Assembly (NCBI GenBank): GCA_963805975.1
Contig: CAWDVR010000001.1
Location: 352,001-416,000 of the forward strand
Length of the DNA stretch: 64,000 nt
Source of the DNA: an uncultured Acidobacteriota bacterium
GTDB taxonomy: Bacteria > Acidobacteriota > Thermoanaerobaculia > Multivoradales > SZUA-115
Reading direction: 5' to 3'
Below the pieces are notes generated by a model. The model did not search any database. It was not told the origin of the DNA and was given only the letters and a program-made list of their open reading frames with translations. Shown one piece after another: positions 21,643-31,384 of the stretch. The position numbers were made by a program, and so were the translations under genes. Positions within the stretch are counted from its first letter, which is position 1, and every line of letters starts with the position of its first letter.

Positions 21643-22605
21643 ATGACGACCTCCACCCTCGAAGCGCCGGCCATCGCCTTTGCCGCGGCACCCATCCGGC
21701 GCCTCGAGGAGCAGATCGGCCGCGTGGTGCGCGGCAAGCCGGAGGTGATCCGGCTGGCGGTGATCGCGCTCCTCGCCGAGGGGCACGTGCTGGTGGAGGA
21801 CGTGCCCGGGGTCGGCAAGACCACCCTCGCCCAGGCCCTCGCCCGCTCGCTGGGCCTCGCCTTCCAGCGCATCCAGTTCACCAGCGATCTCCTGCCCTCG
21901 GACATCATCGGCGTCTCGGTCTACAAGCAGGACGCGCAGGTCTTCGAGTTCATACCGGGCCCGATCTTCGCCGGCGTGGTGCTGGCGGACGAGATCAACC
22001 GCGCCACGCCCAAGACGCAGTCGGCGCTCCTCGAAGCGATGAGCGAGGGCAAGGTCTCGGTGGAGCGCAAGCGCTACAGCCTGCCGCGGCCCTTCCTGGT
22101 GCTCGCCACGCAGAACCCGCTCGAGTACCAGGGCACCTATCCGCTGCCCGAGTCGCAGCTCGACCGCTTCCTGATGTCGCTGCGCGTCGGCTACCCGCCG
22201 GCGGCCGAGGAGCGGGCGCTGCTCCTCTCCGGCGGCGTCGAGGAGATCCTCGCCGGGCTCACGGCCGTGGTCAGCCGCGACGAGCTGCTGGCGCTCCAGA
22301 GCGAGGCGCGGCGCATCCGGGTGGCGGAGAAGCTCGCCGACTACATCCTGGAGCTGGCCAACGCCACGCGCCACGGCGGCGACTTCCTGCTCGGGGTGTC
22401 GACCCGCGGCGCGCAGGGCCTCTTTCGCGCGGCCCAGGCGCTCGCTCTCTGCGAGGGCCGCGAGTACGCGGTGCCCGACGACGTGCAGCGCCTGGCGGCG
22501 CCGGTCTGGGCGCACCGTGTGGTGCTGCGCCGCGGCGCCTCCGACCTCGACGCCAACCGCCGCGCCCTGGAGCGCCTGCTGGCCGCGACTCCGGTGCCGC
22601 TATAG
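21643..22605 (+). CDS. MoxR family AAA+ ATPase
   Basis: EDVPGVGKTT, RIQFTSDLLPSD, LADEINRATPKTQSALLEAM, ATQNP, LPESQLDRF. Confidence 0.95.
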   Translation: MTTSTLEAPAIAFAAAPIRRLEEQIGRVVRGKPEVIRLAVIALLAEGHVLVEDVPGVGKTTLAQALARSLGLAFQRIQFTSDLLPSDIIGVSVYKQDAQVFEFIPGPIFAGVVLADEINRATPKTQSALLEAMSEGKVSVERKRYSLPRPFLVLATQNPLEYQGTYPLPESQLDRFLMSLRVGYPPAAEERALLLSGGVEEILAGLTAVVSRDELLALQSEARRIRVAEKLADYILELANATRHGGDFLLGVSTRGAQGLFRAAQALALCEGREYAVPDDVQRLAAPVWAHRVVLRRGASDLDANRRALERLLAATPVPL

Positions 22606-22611
22606 GAGCGC

Positions 22612-23634
22612 TTGACCACTCCGCGCGCCGCCCGCGCCGTGCCCGAGGGCATCCGCATCACCAAGGTCGGGCTCTGGTACATCCTCTTCACACTGCTCGT
22701 CGCCATCGCCGCCACCAACACCGGCAACAACGCCCTCTACCTGGTGTGGTCGGCGATGCTGGGCGTGCTGGTGGTCTCCGGCGTGGTGTCGCGCCAGAAC
22801 GTGCGGCGGCTGGCGGTCTCGCTCGAGCCGCCGGCCGAGGTGTTCGCCAGCCGTCCGTTCGGCCTGCGCCTCCGGGTCACCAACTGCGGGCGGTTCTGGC
22901 CGCGCTGGTTCCTGCTGGTCTCCGTGCTGCGCGACGGCCAGCCGTGGCTGGTGCCCTACCTCGCCTGCGGTGCCGCCGGGCGCGGTGACCTCGAGGTCTC
23001 GATCCCGCGTCGCGGCATCCATCCCCTGGGCGCCGTCCACGTGGCGAGCCTGTTTCCGTTCGGCCTCTTCCGCAAGGGCTCGCGCTACGCCACGGACCTC
23101 GAGCTGCTGGTCTTCCCCGAGATCTTCGCCGCCGCCTCGGCGGCGGCGCCGGAGCAGGGCGACCTGGGCAGCCGGCCGCACCGCCGCCGCGGCTGGGGGC
23201 ACGACCTCCATGCCCTGCGCAGCTTCCGCCCCGGGGACGACCCGCGCGGCATCCACTGGAAGCAGACGGCCAAGACCGGCGGCCTGGTGTTCACCGAGCG
23301 CGAGGCGGAGGAGAACCGGCGGCTCGCCATCCTCTTCGACAACGGGGTGGGCGAGCTCGGCGATCCGGCGCGTGCCGAGCGCTTCGAGCGGCTGGTCTCC
23401 GAGGCGGCCACCGCGGCCCTCGATTTCCTGGGCCGCGGCTTCGAGGTCGAGCTGATCACCCGCGGCGAGACCTGCGCGTTCGGCAGCGGGCCACGCCAGC
23501 GTCGGGCGGTGCTCGAGGCGCTGGCCCTGGTCGGGGGGGCGCCGCGGCAGGCGACGCCGCTCGCGAGCTCGGATCCGCGCGCCGCGACGCTGCGCCTGGC
23601 GCTCGAGCCCTCCGGCCGCACGGAGGCGGCGTGA
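22612..23634 (+). CDS. DUF58 domain protein
   Basis: AATNTGNN, FPFGLF, LRSFRPGDDPRGIHWKQTAK; follows moxR. Confidence 0.9.
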   Translation: MTTPRAARAVPEGIRITKVGLWYILFTLLVAIAATNTGNNALYLVWSAMLGVLVVSGVVSRQNVRRLAVSLEPPAEVFASRPFGLRLRVTNCGRFWPRWFLLVSVLRDGQPWLVPYLACGAAGRGDLEVSIPRRGIHPLGAVHVASLFPFGLFRKGSRYATDLELLVFPEIFAAASAAAPEQGDLGSRPHRRRGWGHDLHALRSFRPGDDPRGIHWKQTAKTGGLVFTEREAEENRRLAILFDNGVGELGDPARAERFERLVSEAATAALDFLGRGFEVELITRGETCAFGSGPRQRRAVLEALALVGGAPRQATPLASSDPRAATLRLALEPSGRTEAA

Positions 23635-25754
23635 GCTTCGGCCGCCAGAAGAGAATGCTGGTGGGCTTCCTCGCCCTGCTGGCGCCGCTGCCCCTGCCTT
23701 TCAACGACATCGTCTCCTGGCCGCTCTTCGGCGCCTACGCCCTCGCGGTCGGGCTCTTTCTGCGGCGGGCGGCGGCGGGCAGCGAGCGCTGGCTGCCGGC
23801 CTGGGGGATGAATCTCCTGGGCCTCGCCTATCTGCCGTTCTTCGCCCTCGACGTGCTGCAGCTCGCCTCCGGGGGGCTGGTCGGCCCGGTGGTGCACCTG
23901 CTCCTCTTCACCGTCGCCGCCAAGCTCTACGCCATGCACCGCGAACGCGACAAGTGGCAGACGCTGATGGCGATCTTCTTCCTCTTTCTCGCGGCGATGG
24001 CGACCAGCGTCCATCCGTTGGTGGTGGTCTACCTGGTGGCCTTCCTCGCCGGCGCGCTGCTCCTCTTCGTGCGCTTCGCCTTGCTCCACATCCTGGCGAG
24101 CTACGGCTTCCGGGACCCGGCCGCCGCCCTGGTGCCGCTCGGCCGCTTCCTCACCCTGGCCTGCCTGGCAGTGATGGTGACCTCGGTGCCCTTCTTCCTC
24201 TTCCTGCCGCGCATCAAGGCCCCGTACCTGGTGGCGCAGGGGGCGGGGGTCGGAGCGATGGCCGAGACCGTGGCCTTCACGGACGAGGTCACCCTCGACT
24301 CGATCGGCCGGGCGCGCGAGAACCCCGAGGTGGTGATGCGCCTCTCCTACGAGCACACGCCGGCCGATCCCGACCTACGCTTCAAGGCCGGGGCGCACGA
24401 CGTCTTTCGGTCCGGCGTCTGGCAGCGCACGGGCGGGGCGGGGGAGCCGCTGGCGCGCCGGCCGGGCGAGGACTTCTTCCGGCTGGGCGAGGCGCCGGTC
24501 GAGAACCGCGTCGCGGTCTGGCTGCGCCCGCAGGTGGCCAACCGCCTGGTGCTGCCGGTGGCCACGGCGCAGCTCGTGATCGACGCCTTCATGGTGGTGC
24601 CCACCCGCTGGGGCACGGTCGAGCTTCCGCAGCCCAAGAGCAACGTGGTGCAGTTCGAGGTCGGGCTGGCGGCCGAGCCGGTGCTCTTCGCGGCCGAGCC
24701 GGGTCTCCCCGGCGGCGGTGCGGACCGGGGAGGCGCGGCCGGGAGCCTGGACCTCGGGGCCGTCACCCCCGAGATCACCCGGCTGGCGGCGAGCGTCATG
24801 GGCGAGGGGAGCGACCGCGCCCGCACCGAGGCGCTGGAGCGCCATCTCGCCCAGGGCTACGCCTACAGCCTCGATTTCCTCGGCCGCACCGGCCGCGACC
24901 CAATCGCCGATTTCCTGTTCAAGTACAAGACCGGCGACTGCACCTACTTCGCGTCGGCCATGGTGCTGATGCTGCGCTCGCAGGGCATCCCGGCGCGGCT
25001 CGCCACCGGCTACCTGGGCGGCGAGTACAACCCGCTCGAGGGCTACTACATCGTCAGGCAATGGAACGCTCACGCCTGGGTGGAGGTTTACCTGGCGGGC
25101 GAGGGCTGGCGGGTCTTCGATCCCACGCCGGCGTCCGGCCGTCCGGGCCGCAGCCGCTCGGGGCTCCTGGCGGCGCTCGGCCAAGCCTACGACTACCTCG
25201 TCTTCCGCTGGGACCGCTACGTCATCACCTACGGCTTCGCGGACCAGCTCCGGATCCTGTTCGAGGTCCGTGACCTCTGGTCGCGCTTCTGGAACGAGCT
25301 CGGCGGCTCCGGCCGGCGGCAGCGGGCGGCTGAGGAAGAGCTGGCCGCGGGGCCGAGCGGCGCTGCCGCGGAACCCGAGCAGGATGCGGAGCCGCTGTGG
25401 CCCTGGCTGGCGGTGCCGGGGCTGGCGCTGGCCGCGGCCGGCCTCGCCCTGGCACTGCGCCGCCGCTCGCTCACCGCCACCGATGCCTACCGGCGCCTGC
25501 GCTCGGAGCTCGGCCGCCGCGGCCTGCCCACGTCCGCCGCGGCAGGCCCGCTGGCGCTCGGTGCCGCCGCCCGTGCCGCCGATCCCCGGCTCGCCGCTCC
25601 GGCCGGCCGCATCGTGGCCCTCTATCTGGACGAGAGCTTCGGCGAGCGGTCGATCTCCGACGCGGAGAGCTCCGAGCTCCGCCAGGCGCTCGCCGCCGTC
25701 CGCGAGCTCGGCCGCCGCCAGCCGAAGACGAGCCCACGTAAGGCCGCCGCCTGA
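23631..25754 (+). CDS. Transglutaminase TgpA-like protein (DUF3488 + transglutaminase domain)
   Basis: N-terminal TM block; GDCTYFASAM, GIPARLATGY, AHAWVEVY, FDPTP catalytic triad. Confidence 0.9.
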   Translation: MSFGRQKRMLVGFLALLAPLPLPFNDIVSWPLFGAYALAVGLFLRRAAAGSERWLPAWGMNLLGLAYLPFFALDVLQLASGGLVGPVVHLLLFTVAAKLYAMHRERDKWQTLMAIFFLFLAAMATSVHPLVVVYLVAFLAGALLLFVRFALLHILASYGFRDPAAALVPLGRFLTLACLAVMVTSVPFFLFLPRIKAPYLVAQGAGVGAMAETVAFTDEVTLDSIGRARENPEVVMRLSYEHTPADPDLRFKAGAHDVFRSGVWQRTGGAGEPLARRPGEDFFRLGEAPVENRVAVWLRPQVANRLVLPVATAQLVIDAFMVVPTRWGTVELPQPKSNVVQFEVGLAAEPVLFAAEPGLPGGGADRGGAAGSLDLGAVTPEITRLAASVMGEGSDRARTEALERHLAQGYAYSLDFLGRTGRDPIADFLFKYKTGDCTYFASAMVLMLRSQGIPARLATGYLGGEYNPLEGYYIVRQWNAHAWVEVYLAGEGWRVFDPTPASGRPGRSRSGLLAALGQAYDYLVFRWDRYVITYGFADQLRILFEVRDLWSRFWNELGGSGRRQRAAEEELAAGPSGAAAEPEQDAEPLWPWLAVPGLALAAAGLALALRRRSLTATDAYRRLRSELGRRGLPTSAAAGPLALGAAARAADPRLAAPAGRIVALYLDESFGERSISDAESSELRQALAAVRELGRRQPKTSPRKAAA

Positions 25755-26629
25755 TTCTCCGTCTCACCGGCCCGCCTTCCCTCCACCCGCACCAGCATCG
25801 CGAGCACCACACTCTCGACCTCCTGCGGGCGCCGCCAGGGCAGCAGGTGGCCGGCGCCGGGCAGGCGCCGGACCTCGGCCTGGGGGAGCACGCGGGCCAG
25901 GAAGTCGGCATTGGCCACCGGCACCAGCCCGTCCTGCTCGCCGTGGAGCACCTGGACCGGAACCCGGATCGAAGCCCAGAGAGGCAGCATCGCCTGGAGC
26001 TCGGCTCGAAGCGGCAGGATCTCGAGGTTGCTGGTCCGCAATTCGGGGGAGATCAGCCGGCCGACCCAGCGCCAGGCCGCCAGGTGGTTGTACCAGCGCA
26101 GCTTCTCGAACTCGGGGTCGGCGGGAGAGGAGACGAAGACCAAGCCGGCGACGAGCTCCGGATAGTCCATCGCCAGCCTGGCGATGACCAGCCCGCCGAG
26201 GGAATGGCCGACCAGGATGGCCGGCTGGGGCAGGATGGCGAGGAGAGGCGCGATCCGCGCCGCCTGCGCTGCGAGCGAAGGCTCGGCCCGGCCGGCGTCG
26301 GTGCCGCCGAACCCCGGCCGATCGACGGACACCAGCCAGGCTCGCGACGCGAGGTCCGGGTCGACGAGGAACTCGTGAAACGAGTCCCACGAGCCCGGGG
26401 AGCCGTGCACGAAGACCACCGGCACCTTACCGGGGTCTCCGCTCGTGACGTAGTGGAGCGGCCCGGCGGGCGTCGGGAAGATGGAGTCGGTGAGCGGTAT
26501 CTCGAGTGGGGGGATGGCAGCGGGCACGATCTCGGTCTTGGTCGCCACGGGTGGAAGGCAGCCCGCCGCCAGGATCAGGAGCCCTGCCCACGCGGTCCGG
26601 GGATGCAGGTCGAGGAAAGGGCGCATCAT
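25622..26629 (-). CDS. Alpha/beta hydrolase lipoprotein (C-terminus possibly extended by a frameshift)
   Basis: Lipobox LAAGC; VHGSPG, VDRPGFG, GHSLG, HGEQD, GAGH. Confidence 0.85.
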   Translation of the reverse strand: MMRPFLDLHPRTAWAGLLILAAGCLPPVATKTEIVPAAIPPLEIPLTDSIFPTPAGPLHYVTSGDPGKVPVVFVHGSPGSWDSFHEFLVDPDLASRAWLVSVDRPGFGGTDAGRAEPSLAAQAARIAPLLAILPQPAILVGHSLGGLVIARLAMDYPELVAGLVFVSSPADPEFEKLRWYNHLAAWRWVGRLISPELRTSNLEILPLRAELQAMLPLWASIRVPVQVLHGEQDGLVPVANADFLARVLPQAEVRRLPGAGHLLPWRRPQEVESVVLAMLVRVEGRRAGETENQAAALRGLVFGWRRPSSRTAASAWRSSELSASEIDRSPKLSSR

Positions 26630-26673
26630 GAGGGCAACCGCGAGCCTGGCAGCCTGGGCTAGGCTTGCGGCCC

Positions 26674-27495
26674 ATGCGTGTCGCCCTCGCTCAGCTCGCC
26701 ACCTCGCCGGACCGTCTGGCGAACCTCGATCGCGCCCTCGGCTCGATGCGCCGGGCCAAGGCGGAGGGCGCGGACCTGATCGCCTTCCCCGAGCTCGCCG
26801 TCGATCGCTTCTTCCCGCAGCGGCCCGGCGACGCTTCGGCGCGCGACCTGGCGGAGCCCATCCCCGGGCCCACGACCGAGCGGGTGGCCGCCCTGGCGCG
26901 TGAGCTCGAGCTGGTCACGGTGTTCAACCTCTACGAGCGGGACGGCGAGGGCCGCCGCTTCGACAGCTCGCCGGTCTTCGACGCGGACGGCAGCCTGGCC
27001 GGCGTCGCGCGCATGGTGCACATCACCGACTACGAGCACTTCCACGAGCAGGACTACTACCATCCCGGTGACCGTGGCGCGCCGGTGTTCTCGACTCGCG
27101 CCGGGAGGGTGGGCGTCGCCATCTGCTACGACCGCCACTTTCCGGAATACATGCGCGCGCTCGGCCTCGGAGGAGCGGAGGTCGTCGTCATTCCTCAGGC
27201 CGGCACGCTCGGCGAGTGGCCGGAGGGCATGTACGAGGCCGAGGTACGCACCGCCGCCTTTCAGAACGGCTACTTCGCGGCTCTCGCCAACCGCGTTGGC
27301 CGCGAAGAGGCACTCCACTTCGCAGGCGAGTCGTTCGTGGTCGATCCGGAGGGCCGGGTGCTCGCCCGCGGCAAGAGCGGCGACGAGGATCTGGTGCTCG
27401 CCGACCTCGACCTCGCCGCCGTCGCCGGCTCCACGGCGCGGCGCCTGTTCTGGCAGCACCGCCGGCCGGAGCTGTACCGCAACTGGTTTGCCTGA
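26674..27495 (+). CDS. Carbon-nitrogen hydrolase (nitrilase superfamily; N-carbamoylputrescine amidase-like)
   Basis: AFPEL, ICYDRHFPE, NRVGRE, FAGESFVVDPEG, RRPELY. Confidence 0.88.
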   Translation: MRVALAQLATSPDRLANLDRALGSMRRAKAEGADLIAFPELAVDRFFPQRPGDASARDLAEPIPGPTTERVAALARELELVTVFNLYERDGEGRRFDSSPVFDADGSLAGVARMVHITDYEHFHEQDYYHPGDRGAPVFSTRAGRVGVAICYDRHFPEYMRALGLGGAEVVVIPQAGTLGEWPEGMYEAEVRTAAFQNGYFAALANRVGREEALHFAGESFVVDPEGRVLARGKSGDEDLVLADLDLAAVAGSTARRLFWQHRRPELYRNWFA

Positions 27496-27500
27496 AGCCT

Positions 27501-27770
27501 TCAATACTCCACGAACTCGTCGTCCGGGTAGCAGTACAGCCAGCGCTCGCCGGGCTCCGCCGAGGCGATCACCGGATGGCCGCTCGCCCGCGCGTGCCGG
27601 CTGGCGTGCTGGTTGGGTGAGCTGTCGCAGCAGCGCGTCGTGCCGCACTCCTGACAGGTGCGCAAATGGAGCCACTGCGCGCCGGTCTTCACGCACTCTT
27701 CGCACACCCGGTGCGCGGCGAGCTTGGGGGTCTCGATCGAAGCGATGTGAAGGCACGTCGAGGCGGGCAT
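27501..27770 (-). CDS. UBP-type zinc finger protein
   Basis: CEEC...WLHLRTCQECG...CCDSSPNQHASRH...EPGERWLYCYPD; GGAGAGGAG RBS. Confidence 0.9.
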   Translation of the reverse strand: MPASTCLHIASIETPKLAAHRVCEECVKTGAQWLHLRTCQECGTTRCCDSSPNQHASRHARASGHPVIASAEPGERWLYCYPDDEFVEY

Positions 27771-27798
27771 CGTCGTCTCCTCTCCTCCTGGCCGAGCT

Positions 27799-29076
27799 CT
27801 ACCCCGCGGCCAGCCGCAGCACTCGGACCGTCTCCTCGACCGCCTTCGGCCAGGAGAACTCCGCCGCGCGTCTTCGGCCTTTCTCGCGCAGCTCGGACGC
27901 CAGCGCGGGATCCGAGAGCACGCGCTCGAGCGCCGTGGCCCAGGCCTCGGCATCGCCGGGCGGTGCGTAGAGGGCGGCGTCGCCGGCGATCTCGCGCAGC
28001 ACCGGGAGGTCGCTCGCCACCAGCGGCGCGCCGAGGGCCAGGGCTTCGAGCGCCGGCAGGCCGAAGCCCTCGTAGAGGCTGGGGAGCACGGCCACGGCGG
28101 CGCCGCGCATCAAGACAACCAGCTCCTCGACCGGCAGGTAGCCCCGCTGATCGAGCCATCCTTCCTCGCTCGCCGCCGCCACGTGACGCCGGATCTCGGC
28201 CGTGTTCCAGCCGTACTGGCCGCAGAGCACCAGGCGCGCGGGCACCCGCTGCCGGAGCCGGCGCCAGGCTTCGATGAGCAGCACCAGGTTCTTGCGCGGC
28301 TCGAGCGTGCCGACGAAGAGGCCGTAGCGGCCCGGCCCGGCGGGTGCTGGAGCCACGGCCGCATCCCGTTCACTTCCCTGGCCGGGGCCATGGTGGACCG
28401 CGTGCACGCGGGCGCCGTCGAAGTGCCCGGCGGCGACGATCTCGCGGCGCACCGCCGCGCTGGGGGTGATGATCCGCTGGGCGGTGAGGAAGGTGCCGGC
28501 CAGGCGCTCGGCGAGCGCTTGGCGGCTGTCCGGCCGCACCGCCCACGGCACTCGCTCGATCGCGAGGTCGTGGACCGTCGCCACCAGGGCGCCGCGCGCC
28601 AGCCGGAAGTGTGGGGGAGCGAGGTAGTTGGGAGCGAAGAGCACCCGGTTGCCGTCCGCCGCCACCAGCAGCGGCGAGAGGCGATGGAGCCAGCGCGCGC
28701 GGCGCGCGGCGCCCAAGGCCAGCGCCGGTGGGTGGGGGTATTGCACCAGATCGAGGGCCGGGCCCACCGGCAGCTCGATCACGGGCTTCGGACCCTGCGG
28801 GTCGTCGATCAGCGACGGCCCGTAGAGCCGCAGGCGGAGGTCGTCGCGCGCAGCCGCGTGGCTGAGGAGCTGGTAGACGTACCAGCCGATGCCGGCGAGC
28901 GGCTCGTAGAGGCTCGCGATGTCGACGGCCACGGCGAGGCGCCCGCACTCCCGGGCCTCGCGGCGCCGGCGCCACGCCGCGCGCGCCAGCTCGCCGAGCC
29001 AGCCCAGCGTGGCTCGCCAGCGGCGCGCGGAGAGCCAGCCCCGCGGGCGCGAGAGGATCCGCAAAGTCTCGGTCAT
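27799..29076 (-). CDS. GT4 glycosyltransferase
   Basis: GIGWY, TVHDL, VGTLEPRKN, PSLYEGFGLPALEA, FSW. Confidence 0.92.
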   Translation of the reverse strand: MTETLRILSRPRGWLSARRWRATLGWLGELARAAWRRRREARECGRLAVAVDIASLYEPLAGIGWYVYQLLSHAAARDDLRLRLYGPSLIDDPQGPKPVIELPVGPALDLVQYPHPPALALGAARRARWLHRLSPLLVAADGNRVLFAPNYLAPPHFRLARGALVATVHDLAIERVPWAVRPDSRQALAERLAGTFLTAQRIITPSAAVRREIVAAGHFDGARVHAVHHGPGQGSERDAAVAPAPAGPGRYGLFVGTLEPRKNLVLLIEAWRRLRQRVPARLVLCGQYGWNTAEIRRHVAAASEEGWLDQRGYLPVEELVVLMRGAAVAVLPSLYEGFGLPALEALALGAPLVASDLPVLREIAGDAALYAPPGDAEAWATALERVLSDPALASELREKGRRRAAEFSWPKAVEETVRVLRLAAG

Positions 29077-29151
29077 GAAAGGGAGCTCCGGCCGGCGATC
29101 ATAGCGAAGCGCGGCTAAGATACGCCTCCAATCCGATCGCCCCCGGCATCG

Positions 29152-30891
29152 ATGTCCCGCCCGACACTCCTCGCCCTCTGCCTCGCCCTCGGGCTCTCGG
29201 GCCTCGCCCTGTCGCTGCCCGGTCTCACGGGAGGCGGGCTGCCGCGCGGTGAAGAGGCCACCCATCGCCTGGCGGCCGAGAGCCTGCTCGCCGAGCGCGA
29301 CCTGGTGTTCGACCATCGCGACCTCGAGCGCGGCTATCGGGCCTGGCCGTCGGGGCCGCGGGGTATCGCCCTCCTTTCACCGGACGGGGGCGAGAGCTTC
29401 CGTTTCGCGGTGCCGATCGCGGCCAGTCTCGCGGCGCTGCCGTTCGTCGCCTGGGCCGGGGCGTACGGCTGGCTGGTCGCCAACGGCCTGCTCTTCGCCC
29501 TGGCTTTCGGCGCCGCTTGGCGTTGGGGCAATCGCTCCTCGCCGCTATTTCTCGCCGGTTTTTTCTGCGCTTCGGCGGTCCTGGGGCACGTGTTCCGGTT
29601 CGGGCCCGAGGCGTTCCGCTTCGCGGCCGTGGTGCTGGCCCTGGTCGCCTGGCAAACGCTGCGGGAAGGCCGCGAGAACGGCAGCCGGCGCCACCTGGTG
29701 ATCTGGGCGGCGGCGGGAGGGCTGGTGGCCGCGGCCGGCACCCACGCGCCGCTCGATCTGCTGGCCGCGCTCCCTGTCGCCGTGGATCTCGCCTGGGCTC
29801 GGCGCGGAAAGCCGCTGGCGGCGTTTCTCGTCGGCAGCTTGGCCGCGCTCGGCGGCCTGCTCGCCGCCCAGCACCATCTGCTCGGCACCGCCTGGCCCTC
29901 AGCGGGCGCCGAGGTGTGCCGGTTCTACGACGCTTTCCCCATCGAGGGGCCGGCAGACCTGTGGAGCCAGACCCTGCCGGAAGGCGCGGGGGCGGGGGCC
30001 GCGAGCGGAGCTCTCCGGGCCGGTGTCGTGAGCTTCTGGGTCGGCCGCACCACCGGGCTCCTCGCCTTCTTTCCGTTCGCCCTGGTGGCGCTCGCCGGGA
30101 GCGTGGGGCGGGGATGGGAGCGCCCGCGAATCCTGCTCCTGGTCGCGGTCCTGCTCGGCTGCGGCGCCCTGGTCCTCGCCGGAGGCGCGCGGCCCACGGG
30201 GCTGGGCGATCCCCGGTTCGCGGGGCTCTACCCGCTCCTGCTCTTCCTGCCCGGGAGGATCGGCAACCCACTGACGCTCGCGGGCCTCGCCGCCGCCGGG
30301 CTGTGGACCGCGCCGGCGGTCCTGGCCTCGTGGCTCGCCGTCCCTGCCACCGTTCCTGCGCCGGCATTCGCTCGCCTGCCGCTGGAGCTGCCTTTGCTGA
30401 CCGGCAACCGGCCGGGCCGCCCGGAGGGTGCGGGTCTGCCCGGCTACAGCGCCCGCGTGTGGGGCGAAGCCGTGTGGCTGCTGCCGGCCGATGAGTTCTT
30501 CGCCGGCGAGCGCAACCCGCGGGGGGTGTGGATGCGCGGCGCCTCGGCGGCGGAGGTGATCGTGGTCAGCCCGAGGCCGCTCGCGGCATTGGCTTTCACC
30601 GCCGTCTCGCTCGCCGCGGACAACGAGCTCCTGGTCGACGGCGGCGCCGGCACCGTTCGGGTGGTGTTCGACAGCCCCGGCAAGCGCGCCGGTACGCCGA
30701 TCGAGCTGCCGCTGGCCGCTTTGACCCGGGATCTCGGCGGTTTCTTTCCCAGCGAGACCTACTACCGGCTGCGGATGCGGGCGAGCGGCGGCCTGGTGCC
30801 GGCGCGGCGCGACGCTTCGGCGAGCGACCCGCGCTACCTCGGCGTCTTCCTCGAGCCGGCCTTTCTCGACAGCGCTGGGCAAGGGCGCTAG
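29152..30891 (+). CDS. Multi-pass membrane protein, possibly GT-C-like
   Basis: RGEEAT...AESLLAERDL after the first TM; many TM segments; VGRTTGLLAFFPF; soluble C-terminal domain. Confidence 0.55.
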   Translation: MSRPTLLALCLALGLSGLALSLPGLTGGGLPRGEEATHRLAAESLLAERDLVFDHRDLERGYRAWPSGPRGIALLSPDGGESFRFAVPIAASLAALPFVAWAGAYGWLVANGLLFALAFGAAWRWGNRSSPLFLAGFFCASAVLGHVFRFGPEAFRFAAVVLALVAWQTLREGRENGSRRHLVIWAAAGGLVAAAGTHAPLDLLAALPVAVDLAWARRGKPLAAFLVGSLAALGGLLAAQHHLLGTAWPSAGAEVCRFYDAFPIEGPADLWSQTLPEGAGAGAASGALRAGVVSFWVGRTTGLLAFFPFALVALAGSVGRGWERPRILLLVAVLLGCGALVLAGGARPTGLGDPRFAGLYPLLLFLPGRIGNPLTLAGLAAAGLWTAPAVLASWLAVPATVPAPAFARLPLELPLLTGNRPGRPEGAGLPGYSARVWGEAVWLLPADEFFAGERNPRGVWMRGASAAEVIVVSPRPLAALAFTAVSLAADNELLVDGGAGTVRVVFDSPGKRAGTPIELPLAALTRDLGGFFPSETYYRLRMRASGGLVPARRDASASDPRYLGVFLEPAFLDSAGQGR

Positions 30892-30913
30892 GCTGCGGCG
30901 GCCGCCAGGTCTC

Positions 30914-31384
30914 ATGCCGATGACCGACCCCGAAGAGCAGCCCGACCCCGAACGCGAGCGGGTGGCCGCCGTGCTCGAGGCCCTCGAGGCCGGTGTGCGG
31001 CAACGCCGCGCCGAGCGCGCCACGGCCGGCGCCGACGACGGCGCGGCGCGGGCGCGGCTGCTCGAGGCGCGCCGCCTCGAGCACGTGCGCGAGCCGCTCC
31101 CGGTGTCGCCGCGGCCGGTGGTCGGCCGGCTGCTGGTGCTGGCCCGCAAGACGGCATACCACCTCTTCTTCAAGTGGCACGCGCGCGGCACCACCGAGCA
31201 GCAGAACGCCTTCAACCAGGCGACGCTAGCCCTGGTCGAGGACCTGCTCGCCGCCGACGAGGCCAAGGCCCGCGAGCTCGCCCGCCTGCGCCGCCGGGTG
31301 GACGAGCTGGAGCAACGCCTGGCGGAGGCCGGGCCCACCTCGGGCGATGCGGCCGGCGCTCCACGCGGTGATCTGACCTCGTGA
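30914..31384 (+). CDS. Small coiled-coil protein in a glycosyltransferase operon
   Basis: SPRPVVGRLL...QQNAFNQA followed by a coiled coil; coupled (GTGA) to the next GT4. Confidence 0.65.
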   Translation: MPMTDPEEQPDPERERVAAVLEALEAGVRQRRAERATAGADDGAARARLLEARRLEHVREPLPVSPRPVVGRLLVLARKTAYHLFFKWHARGTTEQQNAFNQATLALVEDLLAADEAKARELARLRRRVDELEQRLAEAGPTSGDAAGAPRGDLTS

